A DNA stretch of 64,000 bases from NCBI GenBank assembly GCA_016182485.1, contig JACPGH010000006.1:26461-90460 (forward strand). Reading direction: 5' to 3'. The position numbers and the translations under genes are program-made. Positions 20,240 to 30,084 of the stretch are shown piece after piece. Numbering within the stretch: the first letter of the stretch is position 1; each line of letters starts with the position of its first letter. This stretch comes from Candidatus Kaiserbacteria bacterium (GTDB taxonomy: Bacteria > Patescibacteriota > Minisyncoccia > Phycocordibacterales > Phycocordibacteraceae). The notes beneath the pieces were generated by a model. That model was not told the DNA's origin, ran no database searches, and saw nothing but the letters and a program-made list of their open reading frames with translations.

Positions 20240-21988
20240 CTATTTGGTAAGCCGCTCAAGCTCCGCTACGTCGCGCTCGATGCTCTCCAGGCCTTCGACG
20301 AAGATATCCGGCTTCTTCGTATCTATCCCGCATGATTTGAAAATCTCATACGGCGACCTGCTCTCGCCGGCCGAGAGAAAGCCGTCCACTTTTTTAATGT
20401 ACGAGGGGTCGGCAGATACTTTTTCGTACAGGGCTTTTGATATGAGCTGACCATATGCGTAAGAATACACGTAGAAAAAACGCCGTATGTGACTCCAGTG
20501 CACGAAGAAATAGCCATCGACCTGCTCTAGCTCGAATGCCGGGCCGAGGTATTCCTTCATGTGAATGTTCATGAGTTCGGAGATCTGTTCTTTTGGAACG
20601 TATCCGTTCTTGCGGACGGCTCCATGCAGCGCTTGCTCGAAGCGGAAGCACGCTATCTGACGGAAGACGGTGGAAATATTATCCTGCACCATGTCATGAA
20701 GCGCGACGATTCGCTCTTCGGTAGGCAACATGCCGATAACCTTATGGAGCGCGGCCGTTTCGAAAAAAGTGCTCGCTGTCTCCGCGGTTGAAATTGGGAG
20801 CCCTTGGTAGAGGGGCCTCTGCTCTTTGGAACGTTCCGCGTGGATAGCGTGGCCCATTTCGTGCGCGAGCGTCTTGAGCGATTCGAAATTGTCGATGTGA
20901 TTCAGCAAGATGTAGGTAGGCACGGTAACGCCCGAGGCGCAGAAAGCGCCGCCGGACTTACCCCTCTTCGGGAAAACATCGACCTGGGCCTTATCTAGCA
21001 GCCGATCGAATATCTCCGCATATCGCGCGTCGAGCGATCCGAATGCTTCGCGTACGATGCGTACCGCCTCGTCAAACGGCACTTTCGTCTTTAATTCTCC
21101 GATGTGCGCGGAACGGTCGGCGTAGACAAGAGAATCTACGTTCAGCAGCCGCCGCTTTACCTCATAGAACCGATGAGATATCGAGGCATGCGCATGAACG
21201 GCGTCAACGAGCGCGAGAATCGTTTTGGGATCATTTTGGTATCCTCGGATGGTGGCATCAAAAGGCCTTTTGTATCCCCGCAGTTCATCTTCAACCTTCT
21301 TTGTCATATATATCGCATTGATCTCGCTCTCCGCTATGTCAGAGACGCCTTCGTACACTTCGCGCACGCTGGCGTAAAGGCGTCTCCGTTCTTCAGTCGG
21401 TAAATTCTGTATTTTGGCTTCGGCTTCCGCGAGCGGAAGGATAGCGCCTGCGAAAGAAACCGTTTTTTTATTGAGTATGTTTTCAGTAGCCTGCACCCAG
21501 CGGCCGAACGAGACGTCGCCAAGGAGCGAGATCACCTTTTCTTCCAGCTCGGAGAGGTCATATTTGGCGCTTTCGAACAGTTGCGCGAGCCAATACCGAT
21601 AGTCCTTAAGCGCCGGGGATGCGAGGAATTTCTTTTGTACAGCCTTCGGTATCTTTCCCAGCTTAAGAGCGAAGAAAAGTATCAGATTCCCACGCTTGGT
21701 GCCGCGCTCATCTAGTTTGGCGGCCAGCGCCTCTGCGCCCTTATCTTCAACATTCAGTTCTTTGCGGAATGAGGCGTAATAGCCTGCCCGGCTTGCAGGC
21801 AGCTGGAAAATTTGTTCGTACTCGCCGATGGCCTTGGCAAGGGCCGCGGGATTTTTAAGATAATCGGTCCGCGCCCGATATTTCCCGGCAAAGGCGGCTA
21901 CTACCCTGTCTGCCTGCTTTTGGTCCCGCTCGATTCGCGCATCCTCCAGCCCCTCATAGAGGGAAGTTAGGTCCCATTCGGTCTTCAT
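20240..21988 (-). CDS. pepF: Oligoendopeptidase F (M3B)
   Basis: N-terminal WDL, HEMGHAIH zinc motif, AETAS and FYVYSYAYG. Confidence 0.88.
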   Translation of the reverse strand: MKTEWDLTSLYEGLEDARIERDQKQADRVVAAFAGKYRARTDYLKNPAALAKAIGEYEQIFQLPASRAGYYASFRKELNVEDKGAEALAAKLDERGTKRGNLILFFALKLGKIPKAVQKKFLASPALKDYRYWLAQLFESAKYDLSELEEKVISLLGDVSFGRWVQATENILNKKTVSFAGAILPLAEAEAKIQNLPTEERRRLYASVREVYEGVSDIAESEINAIYMTKKVEDELRGYKRPFDATIRGYQNDPKTILALVDAVHAHASISHRFYEVKRRLLNVDSLVYADRSAHIGELKTKVPFDEAVRIVREAFGSLDARYAEIFDRLLDKAQVDVFPKRGKSGGAFCASGVTVPTYILLNHIDNFESLKTLAHEMGHAIHAERSKEQRPLYQGLPISTAETASTFFETAALHKVIGMLPTEERIVALHDMVQDNISTVFRQIACFRFEQALHGAVRKNGYVPKEQISELMNIHMKEYLGPAFELEQVDGYFFVHWSHIRRFFYVYSYAYGQLISKALYEKVSADPSYIKKVDGFLSAGESRSPYEIFKSCGIDTKKPDIFVEGLESIERDVAELERLTK

Positions 21989-22086
21989 TTTATATACAAT
22001 ACCAGTCCGCCAAATGAACAACAAATGAAGGGCAGAACCGCAGTTTTTCTGTATAAAATATACCGGTTGCGCTACACTTTATAGCA

Positions 22087-22452
22087 ATGGCCATTTCCGA
22101 CACCGTCATCGCTTTCGATTTCGACGGCGTCATCTCCGTGACGAACGGCTTTAACGGGCACGACGATATTCAAAAACCCAATCCAGAAGTAGTGACGGTG
22201 ATGCACAAGCTGCGCGAGGCGGGGATCAAAGTCATGATCCATTCCACGCGCGGGAACGCGTTCCTTGAAATGTACTGCGAGAAATTTTCTATTCCCTACG
22301 ACTACATAAACCAGAGACCCGACGTGGCCGGCGAGAATCCGGGCAAGCCTATCGCCTGGGTCTATATCGACGACCGCGCCCTAAATTATCACGGTCAAGA
22401 TGCCGACACCCTGCTCGAAGAAATAAAGCGCTTCAGACCCCATCGAGGTTAA
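22087..22452 (+). CDS. Small HAD-superfamily phosphatase-like protein
   Basis: DFDGVI, GKP and YIDDRA motifs. Confidence 0.8.
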   Translation: MAISDTVIAFDFDGVISVTNGFNGHDDIQKPNPEVVTVMHKLREAGIKVMIHSTRGNAFLEMYCEKFSIPYDYINQRPDVAGENPGKPIAWVYIDDRALNYHGQDADTLLEEIKRFRPHRG

Positions 22453-22484
22453 AGCCTGTCGATAGGCGTTTAGCGATGAAAGAC

Positions 22485-22525
22485 GAACAGCCCGGCCGGG
22501 GATAGGACCCGACACGGGCTGTTGA
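22485..22525 (-). terminator. ACAGCCCG...CGGGCTGTTC family hairpin
   Basis: Same motif as 1849 and 54036, oriented with the upstream minus-strand orphan gene. Confidence 0.6.
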
Positions 22526-22534
22526 GCGGCTCGA

Positions 22535-23170
22535 CTAGGAGCCGGAAGGAGCGAGGTGCAGGCCGTACTTCGCGACCGCGTAGTGCGCGACACCAAGCAG
22601 GCCGCCTGCGAGCGCTCCGAAGACTGCGTGACCGAGGTAGTACCCGATCGCCGCGCCGAGGGCGGTGTCGCAGAAGCAGAGCAGGCGCATCTCGGAGTGG
22701 ACGAGGACGAAGAGATGACGCGCGAACCTCACGAGCAAGACGATGCTGTTGTACCTCCAGCATCTCCTGATTTGATCGTCTGCAGATACTAGGTCCACAC
22801 CTGCGCATGTCCATAGGAGTGCAAATGAGATACTGGCGATGGCAGAAATCATGATGAAAACGGCAGTGACCCACATCTGGTACTTAGGTTTCGCGGCCAG
22901 GAGAGCAAATCCTGCCGCAAAAGGTATGAGGTAGCTGCCGATCACGCACGTGGTGCCCCATAAGAGACGCCCGAACCTACGCATCTCCGGCGAGGACGCG
23001 CACTGCCACGCGACGGGAATCGCCGCGAGGAGGGCGCGCAGGTCGTACGCGGCCCAGGCGGCCACACCGCCGGCGAACGCGCCAAGCGGCCAGAAGACCC
23101 CGAGCTGGAGCGCGATGAAGGCACCGATGCCGCCGCCGAATGCCGTAGCGAGACCGATCCGTCCGAACAT
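22535..23170 (-). CDS. Hypothetical Gly/Ala-rich membrane protein
   Basis: GGAGG SD before MFGRIG; several TM segments. Confidence 0.6.
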   Translation of the reverse strand: MFGRIGLATAFGGGIGAFIALQLGVFWPLGAFAGGVAAWAAYDLRALLAAIPVAWQCASSPEMRRFGRLLWGTTCVIGSYLIPFAAGFALLAAKPKYQMWVTAVFIMISAIASISFALLWTCAGVDLVSADDQIRRCWRYNSIVLLVRFARHLFVLVHSEMRLLCFCDTALGAAIGYYLGHAVFGALAGGLLGVAHYAVAKYGLHLAPSGS

Positions 23171-23251
23171 TGTCGTGTCCTCCGTTGTACTGCGTGTGAG
23201 ATGCCGGTTGTTGACAAGGACCGAGAACTCTCGTCTCAATTTACCATGTAT

Positions 23252-23944
23252 TTAAAGCCAGTCAATGGGAGGCATGCCGTGGGCGACGAGATACTCATTC
23301 GATTTGCTGAAATGTTTGCAACCGAAGAAGCCGGAGGCGGCCGAGAACGGGGAGGGATGCGGCGCTTCGAGCACTAAGTGTTTTTCCCGATCGATGTGCG
23401 CGCCTTTTTGCTTCGCGTAATTCCCCCACAGCATGAACACGAGATGCTCGCGCTCCCGCGAAAGCGCGGAAATTGCGGCATCGGTGAATTCTTCCCAGCC
23501 GCGGGACTGGTGGGAGCCGGCCTGGTGCGCCCGTACGGTAAGCGTCGCATTCAATAAGAGCACTCCTTGCTCCGCCCATCGCGTCAGGTCTCCGCTTCGG
23601 CCTGCTGGCCTCAGCACTCCCGCGCTCTCCGCTCGGTCGTCTAAGTCGTTCTCGATTTCTTTAAAAATGTTCTGCAAAGAGGGAGGCAAAGTAATCCCCT
23701 CTTCAACGGCGAACGCAAGCCCGTTCGCCTGCTTGACCCCGTGATAGGGATCCTGCCCGAGAATGACGACTTTCACATTATCGAAAGCGCACAAGTCGAA
23801 CGCGCGGAAAATGTCTTTGGGCGGCGGGTACACCTTCCCTTTCAAATATTCTTCCTTCACGAACGCCGCTAGCTCGCCGAAATACGGCTTCTCGAATTCT
23901 TCTGCAAGCTTAACGCGCCAGGACGGCTCTATTCTGACGTTCAT
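23252..23944 (-). CDS. ung: Uracil-DNA glycosylase (family 1)
   Basis: GQDPYH, PPSL, GVLLLN and HPSP motifs. Confidence 0.96.
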   Translation of the reverse strand: MNVRIEPSWRVKLAEEFEKPYFGELAAFVKEEYLKGKVYPPPKDIFRAFDLCAFDNVKVVILGQDPYHGVKQANGLAFAVEEGITLPPSLQNIFKEIENDLDDRAESAGVLRPAGRSGDLTRWAEQGVLLLNATLTVRAHQAGSHQSRGWEEFTDAAISALSREREHLVFMLWGNYAKQKGAHIDREKHLVLEAPHPSPFSAASGFFGCKHFSKSNEYLVAHGMPPIDWL

Positions 23945-24716
23945 GGACTGTCTTTTTATGGAGCGCCTGGAGTTTCTTGCCCGCCTCTTCGCGGTAGGTG
24001 CAGTAGTCGCACGGGCCGCCGCCGAACGCCGTGCCGATTGCGGGAATTTCCTCGCCGAGAAGCATCTGTTTCAGGTCAAAAAGCGCCGGCTCTACCCATG
24101 CGTCCGAGCCCGCATACGGAATGAGCTCTACATCGAACTCCAGCTTGCCGTCGAAAGCTTTGGCATCGGACTTTCCGTTTACGTATACGAAGTAGCCGGT
24201 CGGCGACACAGCGAACCCATTTTGGCGGAATAGCCATTGATAAATCTCCATTTGCCGCTTGTACGAATCGTACAGATCCTCTTCCTTGCTCGGCCCCACT
24301 TTTTTGCTCGTCGCCTTGTAGTCCACGATGATCAGCTCTTTCAATGGGTTAACCCACACGTCGTCCACGCCGCCCCTGATAAATAAATTAGTAGGAACAT
24401 GGTGAAATGCGATCCCGCGGCGGAGCGCGTCGCGCCACTCTTCCATCCGGTCATCGGCGAGAGGCACGGCTTCAAGGCCGTATCGGCTCATGAGCGGGTG
24501 GGCCGTACCGTTCCCGCGATGAATATCGAATTCGCGCTTCAAGAGCTCGTCCACCGCGTTATTGAGCGTGAATGACGGGCCCGAGGGCCGCTTCACGCCG
24601 AGACGCAGATCAAGGTAGGCGCAGCGCGGACATTCGGAAAAGAGATCGATCTTCGAGCGGCTTACCTTGAAGGGCTCCGCGGAAGCTGGATCAAATGTTC
24701 TTGCGCGCGAGGCCAT
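23910..24716 (-). CDS. PD-(D/E)XK nuclease (RecB/Cas4-like)
   Basis: CPRC, GGVDD...IVDYKAT, QMEIY and CDYC. Confidence 0.8.
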   Translation of the reverse strand: MASRARTFDPASAEPFKVSRSKIDLFSECPRCAYLDLRLGVKRPSGPSFTLNNAVDELLKREFDIHRGNGTAHPLMSRYGLEAVPLADDRMEEWRDALRRGIAFHHVPTNLFIRGGVDDVWVNPLKELIIVDYKATSKKVGPSKEEDLYDSYKRQMEIYQWLFRQNGFAVSPTGYFVYVNGKSDAKAFDGKLEFDVELIPYAGSDAWVEPALFDLKQMLLGEEIPAIGTAFGGGPCDYCTYREEAGKKLQALHKKTVHERQNRAVLAR

Positions 24717-24831
24717 ACCCCGTATGATTACATTGCGCGGTTAAGCGCGTTGATAAAAGCAGCCATATTACATCGCGTGGAAACACATTGCGAGAGCATA
24801 TAGTCTGTAAGAGTAATCATACGGGGCATAG

Positions 24832-25305
24832 CTATTGCATCGTGGCAAAATAAGCCACTACCCGGGCACCGGTATCGAAGTCGACATAAACGCTATTGAC
24901 CGCCGGGTCGAATGCCCCGAGATTGTCGTCCCGATACAGCTGGATCGCATAGGTACGTCCCGCTTGGGTGGCGCGCAGGAGAATAACGGTGATGTTGCTC
25001 CTCGGTCCCGATACGCGCGCCGCGCCGAGCACGTTCCCCATATCATTCCCGCTCATTTCGCGCACGGCTACCCAAACGCCCGGAGGCGGGACGGTCACCG
25101 ACTCGACGAATACCGCAGTCCCTGCGGGCTGGTCAGCCACATCTATCGCTCCGCCCGTGGCTGAGACGAGGGCTGTGCTTGTCGCGTGCGGAAGCTCGGG
25201 AGGCATCATCGATACATCCACGCTATCCCACATCATCAATGCGCCTACGAGCAGGACGCCGAGGGTCACTCCGGCTATGAACGAACTGGGAGAAATGCGC
25301 ATCAT
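24832..25305 (-). CDS. Hypothetical membrane-anchored beta-rich protein
   Basis: N-terminal TM, then VADQPAG and WVAVRE..GNVLGA. Confidence 0.6.
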   Translation of the reverse strand: MMRISPSSFIAGVTLGVLLVGALMMWDSVDVSMMPPELPHATSTALVSATGGAIDVADQPAGTAVFVESVTVPPPGVWVAVREMSGNDMGNVLGAARVSGPRSNITVILLRATQAGRTYAIQLYRDDNLGAFDPAVNSVYVDFDTGARVVAYFATMQ

Positions 25306-26141
25306 AGCGAGAGAAGGCCTTCGGCCTCGGCATAAACGCTCCCGACCCGCTCGCTCGAGAGGTGGAGCATGTCCATCGATCGACGCTTCTTGACGAGCGC
25401 ATCGACGGTGATGAGCCCTTGAGCAATGAGGAGTTGTTTCTCCGCGTGAGAAAGTTCGGTTAGCGCGGTGAGCGGGTAGGTCTTGGCGCGCGTCATGCGG
25501 ACAAAAAGATTATCGTGTTCAGGATAGCCCCAGCCGAGCAACTCGACGCCGGCGCACTGCGCATACGATATCGCTTCGGAAGTGAATTTGGTATTCGTGA
25601 TGAGCACTCCCCTGTCGAGCGGACAGGCTCGTTTGTCCGGGGCGCAGGCGAAAATATCTTCGAAACGGCTGTGCACGTACAACGCCGTCTTTAAGTCAGT
25701 TTTATAGCCCGGATCGTTGTGGTACTTCAATTCTGCCGCCAGGTGCTGGCGGTCTCCGGGATGGGAGGCGTACAGATCGACCTCATGGAGGGCGCAGTGA
25801 CCCTGAATAAGCTTGCGCGTCCCTACCTGCCAGCCTTCAGCCCTATAAAGTTCCGATACGAAATCTTCGAACGGATGTCCCGTCGGCCCGAGTTCAAGAA
25901 GCGCCCGCCGCAGCGCATAGCGGGCGGCGATCGGACGCGCCTCCTTGCGCAGAAGCGTGAAGGCGCGCGTATATACCTCCTTCGAGGAAGCGCCCGGTAC
26001 GACGGTGTCCGTGATCCTTCGCGCGATCCGTTCGGCCGTGTGCGGACCTGCGCCTGCCCGTTCGAGTGAGGAGACAAGACGGGCGGGGTCAAAAATTTGG
26101 GACGTCCCGTCTGCTTTAACGATAACCGGCGCCGGCGTCAT
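25302..26141 (-). CDS. ATP-cone domain plus restriction-endonuclease-like (Mrr-type) protein
   Basis: IVKADG...FD ATP-cone start; FEDFV, EVD..AELK and LITNTKFT. Confidence 0.75.
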   Translation of the reverse strand: MTPAPVIVKADGTSQIFDPARLVSSLERAGAGPHTAERIARRITDTVVPGASSKEVYTRAFTLLRKEARPIAARYALRRALLELGPTGHPFEDFVSELYRAEGWQVGTRKLIQGHCALHEVDLYASHPGDRQHLAAELKYHNDPGYKTDLKTALYVHSRFEDIFACAPDKRACPLDRGVLITNTKFTSEAISYAQCAGVELLGWGYPEHDNLFVRMTRAKTYPLTALTELSHAEKQLLIAQGLITVDALVKKRRSMDMLHLSSERVGSVYAEAEGLLSL

Positions 26142-26539
26142 AGCGAAGAAGTTGTTGCCGGAGAACCGTTAACCGTGACGGAAATCGGCAAGGCCGGCGG
26201 CGCGTCGATCTGAGTTGAAAAGGTTACTTTTGTTGGAACTTGTAAGCAGATGCCCGGATCGCTCTCGACCGCAATTGAGAGATTAATCTCCGCATCCGTG
26301 GACGTAGCGACAACGGTCGCGCTCGAACATGCATTCGGAGCCTCGAGAGAGCCGGTTATGCTATGAACGCCTTTCTTATAGGTATCGCGGATCGAGACGG
26401 CCGAGGGTATTTCAGTGACAAACGAATTAAGCGGAGCGTGCGTTGGGACGTCGCGCGCGCGAGGGACTGACAGGCCAAAAATGATCAAGATGCAGATAGC
26501 TATGATTATTGTGGCCGTCCGCAGGTGTCCTTGGATCAT
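26138..26539 (-). CDS. Hypothetical exported protein
   Basis: Signal/TM segment and a Cys pair (PNAC, ICLQV). Confidence 0.6.
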   Translation of the reverse strand: MIQGHLRTATIIIAICILIIFGLSVPRARDVPTHAPLNSFVTEIPSAVSIRDTYKKGVHSITGSLEAPNACSSATVVATSTDAEINLSIAVESDPGICLQVPTKVTFSTQIDAPPALPISVTVNGSPATTSSL

Positions 26540-26584
26540 TGGACCATCATACCATCTTAAGAAACCGACAATTTGCGAGTCTGC

Positions 26585-27514
26585 TTAATTAATTATCCCG
26601 CCGCCTAGCAGTTTAGATCCATTATAAAAAACGATCGACTGGCCCGGAGTGGCAGGAAGCGGCTCGGCCGCAATGAATCTGTTCCCGTTAACTCGCCCTG
26701 GGACAGGCGGGCAGCGATACCGCGTTTGCGCATGTGTGACTGCTTCTTTCGGTCCATGCCAGTTCTCGCCTGCGAATCGGATTCCCGTGCTTCCGTCCGC
26801 GCGCGTTCTCGAAACTTCGATAGTTCCTTTCGCGACATCTTTACCGACGACATACCAGGGCCCGCCTTGCCGCGGGACCCGCTGACCGATCGTATACAGC
26901 AGCGCCTCATTATCAGTGCCGAATTCTCTCTTCAGGAATTCCGCTACTGAGACCGACCCGAGAAAGCAGATGCCTTGACTGTCTTTCTTTTCGGCAACGG
27001 GTAGATCGAATTCCTGCGCCAACTTGCGCACCGCTTCTTTTTGCATGTCGCCTACGGGGAAAATTGTCGCGGCGAGTATCTCCTTCGGCACGGCCCATAG
27101 AAAATAACTTTGGTCTTTTTCGCCCGATCGGTAATGCCCCGTCGCGATAGCACCCGCTCCCTGCTTCGTCGCGAAGCGATGGAATGCGCCGAACTTCACC
27201 TCCCTATTGCACATGACGTCCGGGTTCGGCGTTCGGCCGGCGCGGTATTCGGAAAGCAGGTAATCTATGACGCCTTTCTTGTACTCGGCGCTCGCGTCGA
27301 GCGTGAGAAACTGAATGCCAAGCCGCGCCGCTATAAGCATCGCGTCGCGGCGCTCTCCCGCCCAGGCGCACGGCATACCGGGAGGATACCAGCCCTTGAT
27401 GAACACGCCGGTGACCTGCGCACCCGCCTGCTTCAAAAGCGCAGCCGACACTGCGGAGTCCACTCCGCCCGAGAGTCCCACGAATATCCTTTTACCTTTA
27501 ACGTCTTTGAACAT
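26585..27514 (-). CDS. mnmA: tRNA-specific 2-thiouridylase MnmA (compact form)
   Basis: SGGVDS, TPNPDVMCN, ATGHY, KDQSYFL, DSQGICF and TPGQ. Confidence 0.95.
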   Translation of the reverse strand: MFKDVKGKRIFVGLSGGVDSAVSAALLKQAGAQVTGVFIKGWYPPGMPCAWAGERRDAMLIAARLGIQFLTLDASAEYKKGVIDYLLSEYRAGRTPNPDVMCNREVKFGAFHRFATKQGAGAIATGHYRSGEKDQSYFLWAVPKEILAATIFPVGDMQKEAVRKLAQEFDLPVAEKKDSQGICFLGSVSVAEFLKREFGTDNEALLYTIGQRVPRQGGPWYVVGKDVAKGTIEVSRTRADGSTGIRFAGENWHGPKEAVTHAQTRYRCPPVPGRVNGNRFIAAEPLPATPGQSIVFYNGSKLLGGGIIN

Positions 27515-27664
27515 CCTCCCAATCTAATCACGATTTGGATTTGCATCAAACCGCGTTGTCAAATCTATCCTATAGGATATTTTTGACCAACGCTCAGCGA
27601 ATGGTCAGTTAGACAAAACGAAAGAGCCGTCCGCGAAGCAACGGCTATTCCGCTAACAAATTCA

Positions 27665-28621
27665 TTATTTCAAATACTTCCGCTGGTTGGCGAGATGGGT
27701 GGCGTAGGTAACAGCGTAATACATGTTGCCGTCTTTCCCGGTCAGGTAATACAAATAATCGCTTGAGGTCTGATGCAGGACTGCTTCAAGAGAGTCGAAA
27801 CCCGGATTAGCGATGGGCCCCGGCGGCAGGCCGGGATGCAGATACGTGTTGTAGGGCGATTCGATCTTCAGGTCGGCGAACGAGGGCGAATAGGTGTCGC
27901 GATTCTGGATGTAGCCGAATACGGCATCCACCTGGAGCGGCATGCCGAGTTCCAATCTTTTCCACAATATCCCCGCGATGATACGCCTGTCCTCAGGCGT
28001 ACGGGCCTCTTTTTCTACCAGAGAGGCCATAGTGACGATATCAGAGAGCGAATGACTAGAGCCTGCAATGCTCGCGGCGAGCGGTGCGATTTTTTTATCG
28101 AAATTCTCTCGCATCGTTTTCACTATCGCCGGCCCCGTCGATGTAAGCTCAAATAGATAGGTATCGGGGAACAGATAACCTTCGTATTGCCGCGCGACCG
28201 AGGAGAATTCCTGCGCAGAAATATCCGGGAGCGCGCTCTCGATTTGCTCAGCCATCTCTCGCGCCGTCGCTCCCTCGACGAAGGTTAATCTAACAAGCGG
28301 CAAGCCGGAATCGCCAGTGGCGAGCCGACGCGCGATAACGAACACGCTTTGCGGTTTTTCGAAATTGTACGTAGTCGCCTGGACGCTCCTCCCATTCCCT
28401 CCGGCGCGCAGAAGCCACTCGAGTACGAACGGATGCCGGACGACATGCGCTTTACCAAGTTGCTGCGCAGCCTCTTTGACCGTCGAGCCTCGGGCCACTA
28501 TTACGAGGCTCGACGAGAAATCCGCCGGCGCAGAAGCGGCATAATAAATGCCGCCAAAGAGCACGAACAACACGCCTACGGCAAGCCAACGCCACTTCAA
28601 GCGTGTGAAAAAAGAGTGCAT
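27665..28621 (-). CDS. mltG: Endolytic murein transglycosylase MltG (YceG-like)
   Basis: EGYLFPDTY, ASLVEKE, LQVD and SPYNTY..GLPPGPI.NPG. Confidence 0.93.
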   Translation of the reverse strand: MHSFFTRLKWRWLAVGVLFVLFGGIYYAASAPADFSSSLVIVARGSTVKEAAQQLGKAHVVRHPFVLEWLLRAGGNGRSVQATTYNFEKPQSVFVIARRLATGDSGLPLVRLTFVEGATAREMAEQIESALPDISAQEFSSVARQYEGYLFPDTYLFELTSTGPAIVKTMRENFDKKIAPLAASIAGSSHSLSDIVTMASLVEKEARTPEDRRIIAGILWKRLELGMPLQVDAVFGYIQNRDTYSPSFADLKIESPYNTYLHPGLPPGPIANPGFDSLEAVLHQTSSDYLYYLTGKDGNMYYAVTYATHLANQRKYLK

Positions 28622-28625
28622 ATAG

Positions 28626-29999
28626 TTAAACTGGGAGATTGGCCGGCGCCTCGCCGGTGGGCGACTGGATGCGCTCGAGACTCGGGGTTACCACGGCAGC
28701 TGACGGAATATGAAAGATAGTAGCAAGCTCTTCGGTGCTCATTACCATCGCGTTTTTGCCCGCATCGGCCGGCTCGTAGAAGAATTGCCGGCGACGGAAA
28801 GCTTCGACTACCCCCTTCCGGAATTTATCCTTCAGCTTGTCCACGCCGAGCGCTTTTTCCCAAGGGTAATCACTAAATATTGATAACCAGCCGGTCGGGC
28901 TGAAACCGTTCCATTCCTCCGATTGAAATTGCTTGAATGCGCCCGTGAGACCGGCTACGCCCATTGCCACGTCGAATTTGCCCCCGCGTGCGGTATGCAC
29001 GAGATACACGCCGCGCAGGCCGACATCGAAGGCCTGTTTGGAAATGTTGCGCTCGATGGCGGCGATCTTTTCAGACTGCCCTTTTGTCGGATTCGGAAAG
29101 CCCGGCCGCTCCGTGCCGGTAACCGGATCCACATACTTATCGCGCGTTTGCTCGCGGATCTTCTGGATCAGCACCTGCGCTTCTTCTTTCCAGGTCCAGG
29201 CCTTCCCCTCTTTGGTGAGCTTCTTGTATTTCTCGCCTTTGTGCGTGCGGATTATTATCTGGAGCCACAATTGCTCGTCTTTGCGGAATGAACCTAGATA
29301 CTCGATAAGATTCGCGAGCGGGTCTACTTGCTCGGGTTCTTTCTGCACTTTATCGAGCCCGTATTCGACGTAAGTCTTAATCGGCAGAGGATCCTCCTTT
29401 GAATGCTTGAAATCGCAGCCCCATACTCCCCAATCTTTGGGATCGGCGGAAACAGTGCGTGTGTAGTCTACCGCCTCCACCACCTGTACGCCGGGATACT
29501 GCGCATAGATCTGCGCCTCGATAAGGCGCCGCCAGGCGGCGCGCGTCCAAATGAAAAAATGGACATCGCCTCCGATGGAAGCGATCTCGAAGGAGAACCA
29601 CGGACGCGTCTGTCCCTTAATGTACTTCACATACCAGGTGCCCTCGCCGCCGCCCTGATGCAAACCGGCGAACACGGTCTCCATGGCAAGCGGAGTCTTT
29701 ATGAGGTTTCTCGGCGGAATGAGCTCGAGGAGAATGTGCTTCTGCGACGCTATGAATTCAGATTGCTTAAGAATGACCCAGAGGAGCCAGGCGCCGGAGA
29801 GAAGCAAGAATGGCAGCCACACCGGCGCTAGAAATAGAGCCAGTTCGAGCGCGAGCGCGACGGCGCCAGGCATGAAGAGGAAGGACAGGAACAGGAGCGT
29901 CAGCCCGAGGATGAAAATCGGCCACTCATTGATGCGGAAGCCGGACTGTTTGGTGAGATTCTCCACCCAGTTACCTAGCCCCTTAAGAAACGGAAGCAT
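28626..29999 (-). CDS. Conserved CPR-type membrane protein of unknown function
   Basis: N-terminal TMs; FSFEIAS, IYAQYP, WLQII and EELATIFHIP. Confidence 0.7.
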   Translation of the reverse strand: MLPFLKGLGNWVENLTKQSGFRINEWPIFILGLTLLFLSFLFMPGAVALALELALFLAPVWLPFLLLSGAWLLWVILKQSEFIASQKHILLELIPPRNLIKTPLAMETVFAGLHQGGGEGTWYVKYIKGQTRPWFSFEIASIGGDVHFFIWTRAAWRRLIEAQIYAQYPGVQVVEAVDYTRTVSADPKDWGVWGCDFKHSKEDPLPIKTYVEYGLDKVQKEPEQVDPLANLIEYLGSFRKDEQLWLQIIIRTHKGEKYKKLTKEGKAWTWKEEAQVLIQKIREQTRDKYVDPVTGTERPGFPNPTKGQSEKIAAIERNISKQAFDVGLRGVYLVHTARGGKFDVAMGVAGLTGAFKQFQSEEWNGFSPTGWLSIFSDYPWEKALGVDKLKDKFRKGVVEAFRRRQFFYEPADAGKNAMVMSTEELATIFHIPSAAVVTPSLERIQSPTGEAPANLPV

Positions 30000-30015
30000 G
30001 CCGATAGTATACAAC

Positions 30016-30076
30016 CTTAGGCACTAAGGCAGGTGTTAGTGATTAGGTTTTAGGGATTAGCTAACACCTAACACCT
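30016..30076. repeat. Heptamer-based inverted repeat (GGTGTTAG...CTAACACC)
   Basis: aggtgttag...ctaacacctaacacct, plus ccttaggcactaagg. Confidence 0.6.
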
Positions 30077-30084
30077 TGAACCTG

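Noticed and set aside
23910-24716. Cas4-like nuclease as a sign of CRISPR-Cas
   Set aside because: No cas1, cas2 or array nearby; solo PD-(D/E)XK nucleases are common.
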